64,000 bases of DNA from Candidatus Latescibacterota bacterium. Lineage in GTDB: Bacteria > Latescibacterota > UBA2968. Location: assembly GCA_965198115.1 (NCBI GenBank), contig OZ240241.1:3872001-3936000 (forward strand), read 5' to 3'. Positions 61,758-64,000 of the stretch are shown one piece after another (the stretch's first letter is position 1; every line of letters begins with the position of its first letter). A model generated the notes under the pieces. The model had not been told where the DNA came from. It made no database searches and saw nothing but the letters and a program-made list of their open reading frames with translations. The position numbers and the translations under genes are program-made.

Positions 61758-63131
61758 GAGCTATAACCAAAAGGTGTGGAAAAAGAGAAAGGGCGACCCT
61801 ACCCTTCCCGTGAGATAGTTGATTCACACAAAACCGGGTGAGAGGCCCGGTTGGGAAGGAGGATCGCCGTGAAGGAACATACGCATAGAGCCCCATTGAA
61901 GTCCATGCCGACGTGGGAGACGGTTGACGATTGGATCCGTGAAGAGATCCAGGGCCGGTTCCAGTTCATTCTGGAGGAGGAGGCGACCGCGTTCTTGGGC
62001 CGGTCGTGGTATGAGCGCCGAGCCGAGGTCGATAGCTCCACGGGCTACAGGAACGGCTACGGCAAGCCCCGGCGTCTCTCGACGAGCTGCGGAACGATCA
62101 AGGTCCGGCGTCCCCGGGTTCGTGGTCTGGAAGAGCGGTTTGAAAGCCGCATCCTCCCCCTGTTCGCCCGGAGAACCAGGGCCATTGGAGATCTGCTTCC
62201 CGACCTTTATCTCCACGGTCTCTCCCAGGGCGACTTCGAGTTGTCTTTGCGTGCGCTGCTCGGTGATGGCGCGCCGCTTTCGCCGACCTCGATCGCTCGT
62301 CTTCGAGGGAAGTGGGAGGTCGACTTCCAGGACTGGAAAGAAAGGCGTCTGGATAATCGCGAACTGGTCTACGCCTGGGCTGATGGCATCTACGTCAAAG
62401 CCGGGCTCGAGCGCGAGAAGGCGTGTCTGCTGGTCGTGATCGGCGCGATGAGCGACGGCAGCAAGGAGATCCTGGCGATAGAACCCGGTTATCGAGAGTC
62501 TACAGAATCCTGGCTCACGGTGCTACGGGATCTCCGGGATCGCGGGCTCGAACATCCTGTCCTGATCGCCGCGGACGGGAATATGGGCATCTGGGCGGCC
62601 GTTGATCAGGTCTGGCCAGAGAGCCGGCAACAACGGTGCTGGAACCACAAGATCCTCAACGTGCTCGACAAGGTCGCCAAGCGTGCACAGGCTGAAGCCC
62701 GCGCACTGCTCGTCCAGATCCCCTATGCCGGCACGAAAAAGGAGGCCGAGAAGCTCCGGAAACGCTTTGCCGCACGGTATCGCTCACAGTTCCCTGCCGC
62801 CGTGGAGACGCTCGAAAGAGACTGGGATCGGATGGTCACGTTCTACGACTTCCCGAAGGAACACTGGAAACACCTGAGAACCACGAACGTCGTCGAGAGC
62901 CCCTTTGCTTCCGTTCGGCTTCGCACAAACGCCGCCAGGCGATTCAAGAAAGTCAGGAACGCCACGACTCTCATCTGGCGTACGCTCAAGGTCGCAGAGA
63001 GCCGATTCAGGAAACTCACCGCGCCACACTTGCTACAACAAGTCTACGATCAGAAACACTCAACCGGACCGCAGGTCGAAGCCGGGAAGATGGCCGCCTG
63101 ATTTCTTTTACACACCTATTGACCTGAGCTC
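61758..63131 (+). mobile_element. IS256-family IS (type A), intact copy
   Basis: Same IRs as 7122-8494; 9-bp TSD CCCGGTACG (61749-57, 63132-40). Confidence 0.94.
61905..63101 (+). CDS. IS256-family transposase
   Basis: YRNGY, WADGIY, QRCWNHK and RTTNVVESPF motifs; the start could be 61869 or 61905. Confidence 0.93.
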   Translation: MPTWETVDDWIREEIQGRFQFILEEEATAFLGRSWYERRAEVDSSTGYRNGYGKPRRLSTSCGTIKVRRPRVRGLEERFESRILPLFARRTRAIGDLLPDLYLHGLSQGDFELSLRALLGDGAPLSPTSIARLRGKWEVDFQDWKERRLDNRELVYAWADGIYVKAGLEREKACLLVVIGAMSDGSKEILAIEPGYRESTESWLTVLRDLRDRGLEHPVLIAADGNMGIWAAVDQVWPESRQQRCWNHKILNVLDKVAKRAQAEARALLVQIPYAGTKKEAEKLRKRFAARYRSQFPAAVETLERDWDRMVTFYDFPKEHWKHLRTTNVVESPFASVRLRTNAARRFKKVRNATTLIWRTLKVAESRFRKLTAPHLLQQVYDQKHSTGPQVEAGKMAA

Positions 63132-63280
63132 CCCGGTACGCTTCTTAGCCGCCTGTCCTGAGCTTGTCGAAGGGGGATCCATTCTCGCCACAATCGCAGT
63201 TCGCTGGCGGCGCCAGACAAAAATGGACCCCGGCTCAACACACTGCCGGGGTGACATTGATTGTCGCGAGTGTGTAAGCG

Positions 63281-64000
63281 CTAAAACAACGTAAGCGGCT
63301 TGTCATCCCGAAACCCGGGATCGGGTGGCAGATCCTCGCCCTCCGCGGCAGCCACGGCCAGTTCATCACACCGTTCGTTCTCCACGTGGCCCGCGTGTCC
63401 TTTGACCCATCGGAATGTCACGTCGTGCGTATTCAACAGATCTAATAATCGCTCCCACAGATCAGGATTCCTGGCAGGTTCGGTCTCCGTTCGCATCCAA
63501 CGATGCTCCCGCCATTTCCGTGCCCATCCCTTCGTCACCGCGTTGACGACGTAGCGTGAATCCGTCATCAGGGTGGCCTTTTTCTCCATATTCACCAGCG
63601 CCTCGATCCCCGCAATGCACGCCTGGATTTCCATCCGGTTGTTCGTCGTCCGGCTGAAACCGGCCGACAGTTCCCGACGCTGATCGCCGTCCAGAATAAC
63701 ACAGCCATACCCTCCCGGCCCCGGGTTCCCGTTGCACGCTCCATCCGTGTAAATCACAACCTCCCCCACCTCCCCAACGGATGCAACCGGATCCTGCAGC
63801 TCTTCGAGCTCCGCCATCACCGCCGGATGGTGCCCCTCGACCGTCTTCAGCCATTCAATCGCAGAAGCGGCTGATGCAAAACTCTTGTAAACAGCACCCG
63901 GGTGACCCTTCACCTGGTCTTGGGCTTGCCCCTTACCCGCCCAGGCCGAGTAGACCCCCGGTTGCTTCCCCCTCGCAATCACATAGATCTTCTTCGCCAT
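63281..64000 (-). CDS. rnhA: Ribonuclease HI with N-terminal viroplasmin-like hybrid-binding domain
   Basis: YVIARGKQPGVY..W...YKSF N-domain; IYTDGAC.GNPGPGG, TTNNRME, TDSRY and WVKGHAGH.ENERCDELA motifs. Confidence 0.95.
   Translation of the reverse strand: MAKKIYVIARGKQPGVYSAWAGKGQAQDQVKGHPGAVYKSFASAASAIEWLKTVEGHHPAVMAELEELQDPVASVGEVGEVVIYTDGACNGNPGPGGYGCVILDGDQRRELSAGFSRTTNNRMEIQACIAGIEALVNMEKKATLMTDSRYVVNAVTKGWARKWREHRWMRTETEPARNPDLWERLLDLLNTHDVTFRWVKGHAGHVENERCDELAVAAAEGEDLPPDPGFRDDKPLTLF

Larger units (their letters stand above)
61743..63256. repeat. Long palindromic repeat (TGTCATCCCGG...CCGGGGTGACA) interrupted by IS256 and a micro-element
   Basis: Left arm TGTCATCCCGG..AGCCG..GGATCCATT pairs with AATGGACCCCGGCT..CCGGGGTGACA at 63222-63256. 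Confidence 0.7.

Noticed and set aside
63281-64000. Viral or retroelement origin of the RNase H
   Set aside because: The N-terminal hybrid-binding domain is a known feature of some bacterial RNase HI enzymes, and no reverse transcriptase is present.

Overview
This is a 64-kb, GC-rich bacterial accessory-catabolism region. Its gene content resembles Latescibacterota/Poribacteria-type heterotrophs, but that is an inference. It carries eight PhyH-family Fe(II)/2-oxoglutarate dioxygenase genes or relics, five Cys-type sulfatases, two enolase-superfamily dehydratases, and a split aconitase X. It also has Gfo/Idh/MocA, SDR, AKR and D-2-hydroxyacid dehydrogenases, TIM-barrel isomerases, a GGT, a tandem MBL hydrolase, MFS transporters and rnhA. 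No rRNA, tRNA or CRISPR array is visible. The region is heavily invaded by IS elements: IS1380, ISL3 x2, IS256 (two types), ISAzo13 x2, IS630, an IS3/IS481-like element and IS200/605. Several are nested, and most target-site duplications can be read directly, which allows four interrupted genes to be reconstructed. A REP-associated tyrosine transposase (RAYT) is flanked by its own palindromes. The most unusual signal is non-coding. A ~24-nt hairpin micro-element (YCCYGAGC-N3-GTCGARGG) is inserted into several unrelated palindromic repeat families and into itself, three layers deep at ~60.0 kb. A related dispersed hairpin has conserved arms around unrelated 51-56-nt cores. Two PhyH paralogues have a halogenase-like HxA iron motif. 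Many single-base frameshifts may be long-read errors, but several large internal deletions suggest real gene decay.
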